DNA from: Chiloscyllium plagiosum
Lineage: Eukaryota
Length of the DNA: 64,000 nt
Reading direction: 5' to 3'
Assembly: GCF_004010195.1 (NCBI RefSeq)
Contig: NC_057718.1
Span: 33,751,851-33,815,850, forward strand
Shown: positions 37,382-50,639 of the stretch, piece by piece
Numbering within the stretch: position 1 is the first letter of the stretch
Layout of the letters: every line of letters starts with the position of its first letter
Notes under the pieces: model-generated
The model's input: only the letters and a program-made list of their open reading frames with translations
What the model was told of the DNA's origin: nothing
Databases searched by the model: none
Program-made: the position numbers and the translations under genes

Positions 37382-37709
37382 ATTCATTCATGGGATGAGG
37401 GTGTCGCTGGCTAGGCAACATTTATTATGCACACCTAATTGCCCACAGGGCGATTAAGAGCTAACTGCATTGCTGTGGGTCTGGAGTCACATGTGGGTCA
37501 GCTCAGGATGGCAGTTTCCTTCCCTAAGGGACATTAATGAACCAGATGGGCTTTTCCGACAATCGAGAATGGATTCATGATCATCACTAGATTCTTAATT
37601 CCAGAAAACTTTCTTGAATTTAAATCTCCCCATCTGCCATAGTGGGATTCGAACCCAGGACCCCAGAATGTTATCTGGATCTCTGAATAATACCACTAGG
37701 CTATTGCCT
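37382..37709 (-). mobile_element. tRNA-derived SINE (non-HE1 family)
   Basis: The minus strand has A-box tagcctagtgg, B-box ggttcgaatcc and a (atga)n tail. Confidence 0.8.
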
Positions 37710-38700
37710 TGCAGAGCTGGTTTGGAGTTGATCTGTCTTTTAAACTATTGGCGCGGTTTGAATATAAAAATCTGTTTAGATTCAGAATTTCAAGGTATGT
37801 GGAACATGTTTTGCATGTACCACTCTTTGGCTTGCTGTCAGGTTTTTTGCGTGCTTTAAGGAGATCAGAGAAATTAAATTAGTTACCTGTGTTCATCTTT
37901 GGTGTTCCTTGGAATCTGTCCCCTTATATCTTTGCTGAATGCCTTTATTCATTATTGCTTGTTATTTGGGGTTTTTCCTTTTTGCCTGTTGGTACACTTT
38001 TTTATTTTGATAATAATAGAATTGATATCAAAATGTGTATGCTTTATTCATAGGCACAGTCATTGACAAATGGCAGTGTGACTCTTGAATCATATCCTTG
38101 TACATGTCTCACTGGGAGCTTACCATAATTATTGCAGTTAAGCTGATTCTCAGAAATAGTCCATTGTTGATATTCATAGTTCGTGTATGAGCATGGCATG
38201 TGTCCTATCTTTCCAAGCTGTGTCTCTGTATATTTTGAGAAAAGAGTATGTGCCTTGTTTTGTTTTGTGAGGTAGAGGGATCCTGGAAGGAGTGACAGTC
38301 CTGAAGAGGATGATCAAGCCTGTGAAACTAATCCACTAATATTGAGGGATTTGTGTGATCTGTCCTGTTAAAGAATGCATTTTCTGGCAGTCTTGAGAGG
38401 TGTACTGGAGAAGAAGACTTAAGCTATCTTTGATGCCATTACGTCCATCTTTGCTTCTCGACTGCATATCTTTCTTTTCCTCAAATTAATCTCTTCTTTC
38501 TTATGGATTATCAGCCATACCCTTCCAATGCTTTCCTAGTTGCTCATCAATTCATACCTTTAAATTATTCCTCTAAAGCAGAGTTCTTTCAGAAAAGTAG
38601 AGAAATGATATAATAAAATATCTGTAATTCCTTTACTTTTAATTGATGCAATCTTCTCCATTTTTGTGTAGGTTTAATCGCTGAGCTGGAAGGTTCATTT

Positions 38701-38740
38701 CCAGATGTTTCGTCACCCTACTAGGTAACATCTTCAGTGG
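38701..38740 (-). ncRNA. Minimal type-I hammerhead ribozyme (left arm)
   Basis: Minus strand cca-CTGAAGA-T-gttacct(agta)gggtgac-GAAACATC-tgg; core intact. Confidence 0.75.
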
Positions 38741-40023
38741 GCCTCCGAACGAAGCATGCTGATAGTTTCTGCTTTCTATTTATCTTTTTGGGTTTCTTAC
38801 GGTTGGTGATGTCATTTCCTGTTCTTTTTTTAGGGGGTGGTAGATAGGGTCTAACCCAATGTGTTTGTTGATAGAGTTCCGGTTGAAATGTCATGCTTCT
38901 AGGAATTCTCATGCGTGTCTCTGGCTTGTCCTAGGATGGATGTGTTGTCCCAGTCAAAGTGGTGTCTGTCCTTATCTGTATGTAAGGATACTAGTGAGAG
39001 AGGGTCATGCCGTTTTGTAGCTAGTTTGCTGCCTGTTTATCCAATGTAGTGTTTGTTACAGTTCTTGTGCGGTATTTTGTAAATCACATTAGTTTTGTTT
39101 GTCTGTCTAGGGTCTTTGAAGTTCATTAGCTGCTGTTTTTAGTATGTTGGTGGGTTTGTGGACTATTGTGATGCCAAGGGGTCTGAGTAGTCTGGCAGTC
39201 ATTTCCGAGATGTATTTGATGTAGGGGAGAGTGGCTAGGGTTTCTGGACGCATTTTGTCTGCTTGTTTGGGTTTGTTGCTGAGAAACCGGCAGACTTCAT
39301 TGGGTACCCATTCTTTTTGAATACAGAGTGTAGGTGATTTTCCTCTGCTCTGCATAGTTCCTCTGTGCTGCAGTGTGTGGTGGCTCTTTGAAATAATATT
39401 CTGATTTGTGGATGTTGGGATGGGTGCATTTGTAATTCAATATTTGGTCCGTATGTGTTGTTTTCCTGCAGACAAAATACATCCAGAAACCCTAGCCACT
39501 CTCCCCTACATTAAAGACATCTCTGAAATGACTGCCAGACTACTCAGACCTCTTGGCATCATTGGTAGCCCACAAACCCACCAGCACACTAAAACAGCAG
39601 CTCATGAACTTGAAAGACCCTATACAGACAATAAGCAAAACTAATGTCATTTACAAAATACCGTGCAAGAACTATAACAAACACTACATTGGACAAACAG
39701 GCAGAAAACTAGCCACCAGGATACATGAATATCAACTAGCCACATAACGGCATGACCCACTCTCACTAGTACCCTTACATACAGATAAAGAAGGACACCA
39801 CTTCGACTAGGCCAACACATCCATCCTTGGACAAGCCAAACAGAGACATGCACGAGAATTCCTAGAAGTGTGGCATTCCAACTGCAACTCTATCAACAAA
39901 CACATTGGGTTAGCCCCCATCCACCACCCACTGAAAGAAAAACAGGAAATGACATCACCACCCAAAGAAACCCAAGCATATAAATAGGAAGCAGGAATTA
40001 TCAGCAATGCTTCGCCCGGAGGC

Positions 40024-40063
40024 CCACTGAAGATGTTACCTAGTAGGGTGACAAAATGTCTGG
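40024..40063 (+). ncRNA. Hammerhead ribozyme motif, core-mutated (right arm)
   Basis: cca-CTGAAGA-T-gttacct(agta)gggtgac-AAAATGTC-tgg; the G12>A change is consistent with CpG decay. Confidence 0.65.
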
Positions 40064-42159
40064 AAATGAACCTTCTAGCTCAACGAGCAAACCTACATCC
40101 AGAACCTCAACCTGAGCTACAAATCGTCTCAAAACTCGCTTCTCCATTTTCAATTTGGATTGGTTCAAAGTAATATAGCAGCAATGGAAATTAACAGGGA
40201 ACTATTTCAAGAAATAAGTGACACTTTCAGGAAAGATGTTTTTTCATGTGGAAGATGTCAAATATTTTTAAAGTGATTTGTGTAGATGAATGTTTTATAA
40301 AGGCTGTATAGTTTTAAAAACTTCAGTTCAATTCTCTTCTTGGTACCAGGAAAGCACATTGGCCAATAAAACAAAAAAACCTTGGATCTCCTTTACAGGC
40401 TTATCTGAAAATTCTTTCAAATGTGAAAGTTTTCAAGTAATTAGCCTAGACCTCCATTTAATTAAATATATTATATTCTATGTTTCCTAATAAATGTATT
40501 TTGGCAAAAATGAAATATTGTGCATTGCTAGTCTTGTACTTATCAGTGCTTGAATCATTTAAAAGTATGTAGTAGTTGTAGACAGCAATTTATTTGTCTT
40601 CAAAGATGTTCGTAAGTTTCAAGTGATTATAATAGTGTAACTGTGAAATATGTATCAGCTGATTGAACATTTTAGTTCGTTTTCATTTAATGCATTGAGT
40701 AATGCTCTTGGATAGAACAAATCTGCCACTCAACAGAGGAACTATTGAGAATAATCTATTTACTAATAAATAACAGCAGTGTGAGTAAAGTTTTGTTTTG
40801 CTTCTCTCTCTTTGGTTGATTGGCTGGAATGTGCTGAGGCTTAGATTGTTCCACTTCAGCAAAAGTGGAATTTTCCATCAAGTAGGAGTTAGAATTTGAA
40901 TTAGCCTGTGATGAAACATGTTTCATAACCTTATTAGTTAGTATCTGAAAGACTGACTTCATCCTTCTGTAATGCATGCTTTCACCTCGCTGTGTGTGTT
41001 TTTTTCTACATTAAGTTGAGCCACCTATTATTGTCTTATTGTGAAAGGACATAGTTTTATTGGATGCTTAGATAGTAAAGAAATGACTAGAATTCACTGA
41101 GCAGCTAATTGTAATCTGTCTCTTTTTTTCTCTCATTCTCCATTTCTTTCCAACACCACTCCCACCTTTCAAAAACATTCTTGGCTCATTCACATGTATT
41201 ATTATTACAAGGATCACTAGCCAAGTTGAGCACATCATTTTAGGATCGATCATGTGTGTGTCTGTATGGTAAGCAAACACACTATAAGAAACAGTTCATA
41301 ATTTCATGCCATCTGTAGAGAATAATATGCTCTGCTATCTACAAAAAGAATACACGAAATATGCTCTGCACATTTGTGACATTTAATGTTGTGGAATATT
41401 TCAACTCTATTTCACTTGATTTATAATTGCAATAGAATTGTAACATTCATGAAAATGTGCTTGGTTGACCCACCATTGATTTTGGTGGTTGCTAAGTTCA
41501 GTAGATATTCTTAATAAGAAGTTTTTTAAAAATGATGCTATTCATCAGGAACAGTTAATAAGGCTTGCTTTATTTCCTCCTCTAGAATAGCATGAGGTCG
41601 TCTGTTGAGGCTGTCTTCCCCATTTATGTTGTTAGATACATGCCTAGGAAGATTCTGTGAATGAACTGCTCCTATAATTTGAATTATTACTGCTGTTGCC
41701 CTCTGGAAGTACAGGAGAGGAGCCTGGCATTGAGCTATGCCTTTGTTCAGTAGCTCACCACAATGATGTGGTGAGATTAGCAGTTTATTGATTGCATATG
41801 GATACAAAAGTGTTATTGCTGATGAATAATGTCACCACACCATCAGCAAGATAGACTGTGCCTTTGTAAAACCAGTTTAAACATGTTGAAAATTTGATTA
41901 AAATTTTCTGGATGGTTTCATATTGCTATAATCAGACCATGTGTAGTAAAGATAATCTATTAAAAGATCATAGAAGAATTAACACTATAGCTTTGGATTT
42001 TGTTTTAAAATATGATGGTGAAAACCAAAGACAGAGTCCTTCTTTCAATCCAAGTAACCTTATTGTACCAATGTCGGGGTGAAGGTGATTAAACTGATAG
42101 ATTGGGCTTAATTTCGAACAGCTTGTCCCTTTAAAAGGATGAGTAACTGTTTTCAAAAT

Positions 42160-43620
42160 ACGGTAAGAAATAGGAACAGGAATAGTTTGTTTGGCCCCTT
42201 GAACCTGCTCTGCCATTCAGTAGGATCATGGCTGATCCGATATTCCTCACTTCCACTTTCTTGCCTTTTCCCTATAACCTATGATTCTCCAACTGATCAA
42301 GAATCTATCTATCTATCTCAGTATTAAATGTACACAGGACTCTGTCCCACAGCTCTCTGTGACAAGGAGTTTGAAAGATTCGCAACCCTCTGAGAAAAAA
42401 TGTCTTCTCATCTCAATCTGAAATTGGGTATCCCTTTATTCTGAGACCATGATATTTGCTCACCAGCACGTTATACAGTTACTGAAGACTTCCCAACCCT
42501 TATGCTCAAAATCTTTTGAAGTAAAGGTCTGCACTCGATTAGCCTTCCTTGCTGCACCTGTGTGCAAGTATCCCAGATCTCTTCGTGCTGCAGCTTTCTG
42601 CAGTTTCCCTCCATTTAAATAATACTGCGTCTTTTGTTCTACCTTCCAAAATGGAAAGCCTCACATTTTCTCAAGTTTGCCAAATCTTCACTCACTTTAT
42701 CTATCATGATCTTTTTAAAAGCTATTTGTAGCTCTCTCGCAACTTGTCTGTCGCAACATTTTTGTGTCATCTGCAAGTTTAGCTACAGTCTCTTGATTTC
42801 CATCCCTCCGACTCATTAATTCGCTGTCCACTACACCTCCAATTTTGGTGTCATGTGCAAAGTTACTAACTGTACCTCTTATGCTGGCATCCAAATTATT
42901 TATGTAAATGGCAAAAAGTAGAGGATCCAGCATCGATCCTTGTGGCACTCCACTGGTCACAGGCCTCCAGTCTGAAAACAACCCTCCACCACCACCCTCT
43001 GTCTTCTACATTTGAGCCATTTCTGTATCCAAATGGCTAGTTCTCCCTTGCTAACCTTGCTAATCAGTCTCCCATGGGGAACCTTGTCGAACACCTTACT
43101 GAAGTTCATATAGGTCACATCTACAGCTCTGCCCTCATCAATCCTCTTTGTTACTTCTTCAAAAAACTCAGTCAAGTTTGTGAGGCATAATTTCCCATGC
43201 ACAAAGCCACGTTGACTATTCCTAATCAGTCCTTGCCTTTCCAAATACGTGTACATCCTGTCCCTCAGGATTCCCTCCAACAACTTGCCCACCATTGACA
43301 TCAGGCTCACTGGCCTTTAGTTCCCTGCCTTGTCCTTACCACCCTTCTTAAACAGTGGCACCACATTAGCCAACCTCCAGTCTTCCAGCACCTCACCTGT
43401 AACTATTGATAATACAAATATCCCAGCAAGAGGCCCAGCAATCACTTCTCTAGCTTCCCACAGAGTTCTAGGGTACACCTGATCAGGTCCTGGGATTTAT
43501 CCACTTTTATGCGTATCAAGACATCCAGCACTTCCTCTTCTGTAATATGGACATTTTGCAAGAAGTCACCATCTATTTCCCTACAGTCTGTTTTCCATAT
43601 CCTTTTCCACAGTAAATAAA
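42160..43620 (-). mobile_element. Two adjacent CR1-type LINE fragments
   Basis: Old 3' piece at 42160-42815; younger RT piece at 42818-43615 (GKLCLTNLTEFFEEVTK, SGVPQGSMLDPLLF, NFAHDTK). Confidence 0.88.
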
Positions 43621-45539
43621 TTTGTTTCTGTCTTCTGCTCATTAGCTCACTTTTTGAGCAAATGTATTTTGTCTGCCTTTGGCTAAGTAGGTTGCTGATG
43701 TGCACCACTTCAGAACTGCAAAAAAAAAAATCCATGGCGAGAAATTCTAAAATTGACCTTTTTTTTTTAAGAATAAGAGCTTTTAGAAAACAGCCGTGAC
43801 CTGCTTAAAGCTGTACTTCCAGTTTGAAATATTTGAATGCATTCTTATTAAAAATGTTTTTATTCTCTCGGCATTAACAAGGAATGTTGTATTTTGAAGC
43901 GATAAATTAAGTTTTAATATGCCAATATTTTCTTCTCTTCACTGATTCTCCTGAACCACCCCAATCTCCAGTACAGCTCAGCATTACCATGGCCATACTG
44001 TTTTTATTGATAACGCTGTTATCGTGTAATAATTGCTCTAATTTCTTTAGATACTCCAAACTAAATTATTCTGTGGTAATGCATGACATTCGTGGAACTG
44101 CCTAGTGCATTCAGGATTCTTAATATATTTCTACTGGAATTTGAACACTAATCCATGTATCCTCTGTTGTTTTTGTTAAATGGCCTGATGAGGTTGGTAA
44201 ATGGAATGATTTTAAGTGAAATTTTATCAGGAAGCACAATTGCAAAATACAAAATGCCAGTATCATTACTGTCATGCTTCAGAACTAATGAGGTGACAGT
44301 TAAATGTGCTAACCCAGCCACCTGGTACTCTGGGAGAGATCCAAACAACAAAAATCCTTAGTTCAGCTCCTGTTTTTTTTAGTAAGGCAAATTGCATTTA
44401 TTATTATTTATTGATTGATTACATTTTCCAAAAAGTAATCTTCTTACTTACATTGATATTGGCAGAACGAGAAAGATTCATATGTCTATCCATTCTCATC
44501 TGAATGACTCTGGTGTTCATCCAGCTCCCCCACACTATATGTTGGAATCCACTGAGTAAACCATTTGTTTTTTCACCTGCTTTCAATAACCATAATAACT
44601 GGTTTTCATTTTTGTGCCCTAGGCTAAAAAACAACCTTTTAACATCACTCAACAGGACATCCAGCATTCTAAACTTCTATGTCACTCAACACTTTGCACA
44701 AGTGATTCAACTTATGATTAGAAAAGGTTATAGTAATGATCTCAGATTGCATTACTTATTGTGTATGAAATCTGTGATAAAGAATTACAAGGATTATTAA
44801 CTATAGATAACATATAACACCATTGATTTTTCTGAGAAAGGTAAAACACTTCAAAGTTATCGTGTCAGGCTGCTACTTGTTTTTAAGAAAAGTCTACTAA
44901 TTTTGGTATGCACCCAATAAATATTGGTTCCTGATATGTTTCCACAACAGATTTCTGGAAATTATATGCTTTGAGATAAATATGTTGGTGTTGGCCTAAT
45001 AACTAATCCCCTTTTATAATCTATTATTTTTCAAAATGGTGTGAGAATAGTACACTTCTGAGATGAATGTTGTGTAGTCCTTTATGTAGAACAATTTTAG
45101 TTTACTGTGATCTCTATATATTTGGGAATGAAAAGTGAAGAAGTAAGGACACAAGTCTGTACCAGGCTTTAGGTTCTCTAATTTAAAACTTGAGGCAAAA
45201 TGCAGTACTATTAGTTTGCTGGAGTTTTAAATCCCGTCTCAGCTTGATTGCATTTTTGCTTCCCGTGAAGGCCAATGAGCTATCTGAGTGCAGAATGGTC
45301 TTTGCATCACTTTTTTGAAACTGGTTTAGTGAGAAGTAAATTTAGTCCATTCTGCCTTCTGCAGAGTAATGGTTTCAGTTTGAGTTACGTAAAATGTTGA
45401 GGGAAAGTTATAAGTTGAGAACATAAATATCAAGTTTGTCCATAGTCTATGTACAAAACTCTTTGTTACAGACTCTTAATATAAGCCTGTCACTGCACTA
45501 CAATTGGACCTTTATTAATCACAAATTAACATATTTGAT

Positions 45540-46650
45540 GTGATGATATGTGACCTAACTCCACATCCCTACTTTTGGCCCGTATCTCTTAATACTATTG
45601 CTTAACAAAAATTGGTCTGAATTAAATTTAAAATTAATAACTAATAACAAAATTATTAACAGCATCCACTGCTGTTTGTGGAAGAGAGTTCCAAACGTCT
45701 ACCACCATTTGTGTGTAGAAATGCTTCTTAACGTCTATCCTGAACAGTTTGGCCTTAATTGTCTGACAATAACCCTAGTTGTAGAACTCCCAACCGGTGG
45801 AAATAATTTACTTTTATTTACCCTGAATTTTCCTGCTAATATATTGAAGACGTCAGTCAATTCATCCCTTAACCTTTATAGATTGTAAAGAAAGAAGGCC
45901 TAATTTGGACACTGTCTCCTCATAACTTAACCCCTGAAGTCCAGGTATCAATCTTATAAACCTACGTTGTGTTCCCTCCTAGGTTTGGAGGTGTGGTGCC
46001 CAGATCTGCTTTCAGACCAAGTGTGGTCCTCCAACATTTTGTATAATTGCAGCATAACTTCTGCATCCTCCAACTCCAGTCCTCCACATATAAACACCAG
46101 CAATCCGTTTGTTTTCTTGATTATTTTCTGCGCTTGCTCGTGATAATTAAAAGATTTACACACCTGAACACCCAAGTCTCTTGGATGCCCACTGTATTTA
46201 AGTTCATACCAGCTAGAATGTAGCTAGCCACACATCTACCTGCTTTTTTCCAATGTAACTACCAATTCTAACCCAAAAACATGTCTCAAGCAACTTCCCA
46301 CCACAGAAGTTAAACTGACTGGTCTGTAATTGCTGGGCTTATCCTTGAAACCTTTCTTAATCAAGGCTGTAATGTTTGCAATTTTCCAGTTTTCTGACAT
46401 CTCCCACACATCTAAGGAAGACTGAACAATTGTGGTCAGCATCCTGGAAATTTCTACTCCCTCCCTCCTAAATACTTGCTCCTGATGCCTTGTTAATTTC
46501 AAATACCAAAACTCTAACACTTCCACCCTATCAATTTTGAATCTTTCCAGTTACTGAGTTCTCTTTAATCGCTGTTGCCTGGTAGCAACTTTCTCTTTGG
46601 GAAAAGGAGATGCAAAGTATTCATTTAACATTTTGAGTCATGCCCCACCA
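45540..46650 (-). mobile_element. Old CR1-type LINE fragment
   Basis: WKIANITALIKKGFKDKPSNYRPVSLTSVVG; VMLQLYKML. Confidence 0.82.
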
Positions 46651-46819
46651 CCGGCTGATCTCCATTCTGTTGAGATACAATTTATCCAGCTTGTGGAGGT
46701 TTTATTTCCCTCAGAATTGGTCAGTGCCTCAAGAATCAAAATTCCTCCCTCTTGCACAGTCTCTCAGTCAAGCGTTCATCCAGTCTTTTCTCCTATACCT
46801 GATCTCATCAGCATAGGGC

Positions 46820-49690
46820 TGATCATAAGACTATAAGATATAGGAGCAGAAATTAGACCATTCAGCCCATCAAGTCTGCTCCACCATTTAATTATGGCTG
46901 ATTAGTTTCTCAACCCCATTCTCCCATCTTCTCCCTATAACCCTTGATCCCCTTGACAATCAAAAACCTATCTATCTATCTTAAATATAGTCAATGACCT
47001 GGCATCCACAGCTTTCTGTGAGAGTGAATTCCATTGATTCACCACTCTCTGGCTGAAGAAATTTCTCCTTATCTCCGTTCTAAAGGATCTTCCCTTTACT
47101 CTAAGGATGTGCCCTCAGGTCCTAGTCTCTCCTACCAATGGAAACATCTTTCCAACATCTACTCCGTCCAGGCCATTCAAGATTTTGTAAGTTTCAATTA
47201 GATCCCCCCCATCCTTCTAAACTCCATTGAGTATGAACCCAGAGACCTCAAATGTTTCTCATATATTAAGCTTTTCATTCCTGGGACGATTCTCAGGAAC
47301 CTACTCCAGGACCAGTACATCCATCCTGAGATATGGGGCCTAAACCTGCGTCCAGTACTCCAAATATGGTTTGGCCACAGCCTTTTTAGAGCCTCAGAAG
47401 TCTATCCCTGCTTTTATATTCAAGTCATTTCAAAATAAAAGCTACCATTGCATTTGCCTTCCTAACTACTGACTCAAACTGCAAGTTTATCTTGAGAGAA
47501 TCCTGTAGTAAAACTCCCAAGTCTCTTTGCATTTCAGACTTCTGAATTTTCTCCCGATTTAGAAAATAGCCCATGCCTCTATTCTTTCTACCAAAGTGCC
47601 TGACCTCACATTTTGCAGCATTTTACTCCATCTGATACTTATTTGCCCACTCTTCTGACCTGTCTAAATCCTTCTGCAGCCTCCCCGCCTTCTCAATACT
47701 GCCTGTCCCTCTACCTGTTTTTGTATCATCTGCAAACTTCGCCAGAATGCCCTCCGTTCCTTCATCTGGATCATTAATGTATAAAGTGAAAAGTTGTGAT
47801 CCCAACACTGACCCTTGCGGAACACCACTAGTCACCCACTCTCTGCTTTCTGCCAAACAACCAATCTTCTATCCAAGCTTACACCTTGTCTCTGACACCA
47901 TGGGCCATTATTTTACTCAGCAGCCCCCTGTGCAGCACCATGTCAAATGCCTTCTTGAAGTCTGAGTAGATAACATCCATTGGCTCTCCTTAATCTAATC
48001 TGTTTGTTACTTCCTCAAATTATTCGAGAGACTTGTCAGGCATGGCCTTCCCTTGATGAAACTGTGCAGACTTTTACTCTATTTTATCATAAACTTCCAA
48101 ATAGTCACAAATCTCATCCTTCACAATGGACTCCAAAATCTTACCCACAACTAAGTTAGGTTAATTGACCTATGAATTTCTGCCTATTGCCTTACTCCCT
48201 TTCTAAATAGGGGTGTCACATTAGTAATTTTCCAGTCCTCTGGGATTCTCCCTGACTCTAGCAATTTCTGAAAGATCACCACTAATGCTTCCACAATCTT
48301 TTCAGCTATCTTCTTTAGAACTCTGGGGTGTAGTCCATCTGATCCAGATTATTTATCCACCTTCAGGACATTCAGTTTTTCTAGCACCTTCTCCTTGGTG
48401 AAGGACACCATACGCAACTCTGCCCCCTGACTCTCTTGAATTTTTAAGCTATTACTCATGCCTTCCACTGTGAAGACTGATATGGAGTAATTATTCAGTT
48501 CCTCAGCCATTTCCTTGTTCCCCACTATTCACTTTGCAGCTTTATTTTCCAGTGGTCCAATGTCCACATTTGTTTCTTACATATCTAAAGAAACTCTTAG
48601 AGTCTTCCTTTATATTACTGGCTAATTTACTTTCATATTTAATCTTCTCATTCCTTATTTCTTTTCTTGTTGCCATCTGGTCTTTGTAAGCTTCCCAATC
48701 CTCTGGTTTCCCACTTCCCTTCGCTACATTGTATGCTTTCTCTTTTGCTTTTGTGCTATCCCTAACTTTCCTAGTCAGCCGTGGTTGCCTCATCCTCCCT
48801 GTACCTTTGTTTTTTTTCCTCGAGTGATGAATTTTTGCTGTTTCTCCTGAAATACTCCCAGAAACTCCTGCCATTGCTGTTCCACAGTCTTTCTGAAGCT
48901 AAGCTTCGGCTAGGCTCCTCTCCCAATCAATTCTGCCCAGCTCATGTAGTTGCCTTTATTCAGCTGTAATACCGTTAGATTAGGTTCCCTACAGTATGGG
49001 AACAGGCCCTTTGGGCCATCAAGTCCACTCCGACCCTCCAAAGAGCAACCCACCAAGACCCATTCCCCTACTCTATATTTACCCCTGACTAATGCGCCTA
49101 ATACTTTGGGCAATTTAGCATGACCAATTCATCTGACCAGCACATCTTTGGATTGTGGGAGGCAGCCGGAGCACCCAGAGGAAACCCACACAGTCGCGGG
49201 GAGAATATGTAAGCTCCACACAGACAGCGGGAATCGAACCCGGGTTCCTGGCATTGTGAGGCAGCAATGTGAACCACTGAGCCACCGTGCCGATTCTATC
49301 TTCTCCCTCTCAATTTGCAGAGTAAATTCAATCACATTATGATCACTGCCTCCTAAATGTTCCGAAGGATATTTCTACCTTGAGGCCCTGATTTTTAGGT
49401 TTTCCCCAGTTTCCTATTTTCTGCTTGCAGGATCTTATCCTCTTTACTGACACATTTTATACCAGTCTCTGGCTGTCCCTCCTGTCCTTTCAGAATTCCT
49501 GCAGATACTCAGTGACATCATTGACCAAGGCACCAGGGAGGCAATATTGGTCCAGTCTGCGCTATTGTAATGTCTAACTGCCCCTTCTAAGATCCCCAGT
49601 GCACCTGAGGCACTTATGATGCCACAGACTTGGCTATTGCTGTATTCTCCTGAGAAACCATCTTTCCCAGCTCTCTACTTCCTGAGGTTT
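46820..49690 (-). mobile_element. CR1-type LINE (internally deleted) carrying an HE1 insertion
   Basis: VTSGVPQGSVLGSQLFTLYIND..KFADDTK; KLASNIKEDSKSFFRY; 3' tail taagatataggagcagaaattag; ORF1-like remnant at about 49400-49690. Confidence 0.88.
48976..49292 (-). mobile_element. HE1 V-SINE
   Basis: ttagattagg tail, gggaatcgaacccggg B-box, accactgagccaccgtgcc head. Confidence 0.9.
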
Positions 49691-49909
49691 AGTCTTGCCA
49701 TTGGATCTAGTGAGGGATAGGCAGAGACCCATAATCTTTAGGACTCAAAACTGCCAGCTTCTGAGCAGCTGGGATGCCACTGTTTAAGCTTCTGCTAAGT
49801 CAAGATACAAGATCCATTCAGCTGTTATGTTGATTGGCATGTGATTGGTCAAGTTTTCTTGGCAAATAGTCTGCACTTCACATGTCCCCTCTTATACTTG
49901 GTCCTAAAA

Positions 49910-50150
49910 AGGGAAAATCTTAATAAGAGCTAGGCCATTTAAGACAAAGATACAGAAGAATTATTCACTCAAGAGTGGGAATTCTCTATCCCAGAGGACT
50001 GTGGAAACTCAATAGTAGAGCATGTTCAAAACAGAAATCAACAAATGTTTGGATAATAATGACGACGAGAGGTGTGGATAGTACAGTAATGAGGTATTGA
50101 GCTACATGATCAGCCATGATCTAATTAAATCTACTCCTATTCATATGTTT
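49910..50150 (+). mobile_element. Old CR1 3' fragment
   Basis: aataagagctaggccatttaagac...ttcactca..gaattctctatcccagagg.ctgtgga...gatcagccatgatct. Confidence 0.65.
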
Positions 50151-50639
50151 GTAACTATACATGTAGTTACTTTCCTAGTTAACACTCTTTTCTCCCTTGT
50201 TTTGCTGTTACATCTTATGATTCTTTTTCTCTTTGTTTCAGTAATTCTGAGCTATTTTGTATGATCACACATAGTGATTGCAGATAATGGTATAGTATTT
50301 ACCTTTATTATGTATACAAATAGAGTTATGAAAATTTTGAAATTAAAATATATCAAAAATCATATAAATTGTAGAGCTTTTTTATTTTACATGCTCCAGC
50401 TGAATCCAGAATTGGAGAGAAAAACAATACTTGATTGATCTTACTGGAGAGCGAAATGCTGACAAATTTCTTTTACAAGTGTGGTGTCTCATTGCTCCAG
50501 ATTTTAATTATTGTGGATGATGTTTTGAAATGACTTTTTTTCCTTTGTCAGTTTTATCTCTAAGGTCCTTTGTTTTTGTTCATTTATGTGATTGAATATT
50601 AAGTGACTGAAGAGGTGCACAATTAGTTGACCTGTAGTG

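Larger units (their letters stand above)
38665..40138. mobile_element. Penelope-like element with long inverted duplication (fold-back)
   Basis: Arms about 38666-39262 (-) and 39469-40097 (+) both encode TLPYIK.ISEMTARLLRPLG..NVIYKIPCKN..KHYIG; TSD cttctccatttt at 38653-38664 and 40139-40150. Confidence 0.92.

Noticed and set aside
42810..43651. ctcatta(a/g)(t/c)tc(g/a)ct repeat as TSD of the inner LINE fragment
   Set aside because: Three mismatches in 14 nt, and the fragment lacks a 3' tail, so a TSD is not supported.
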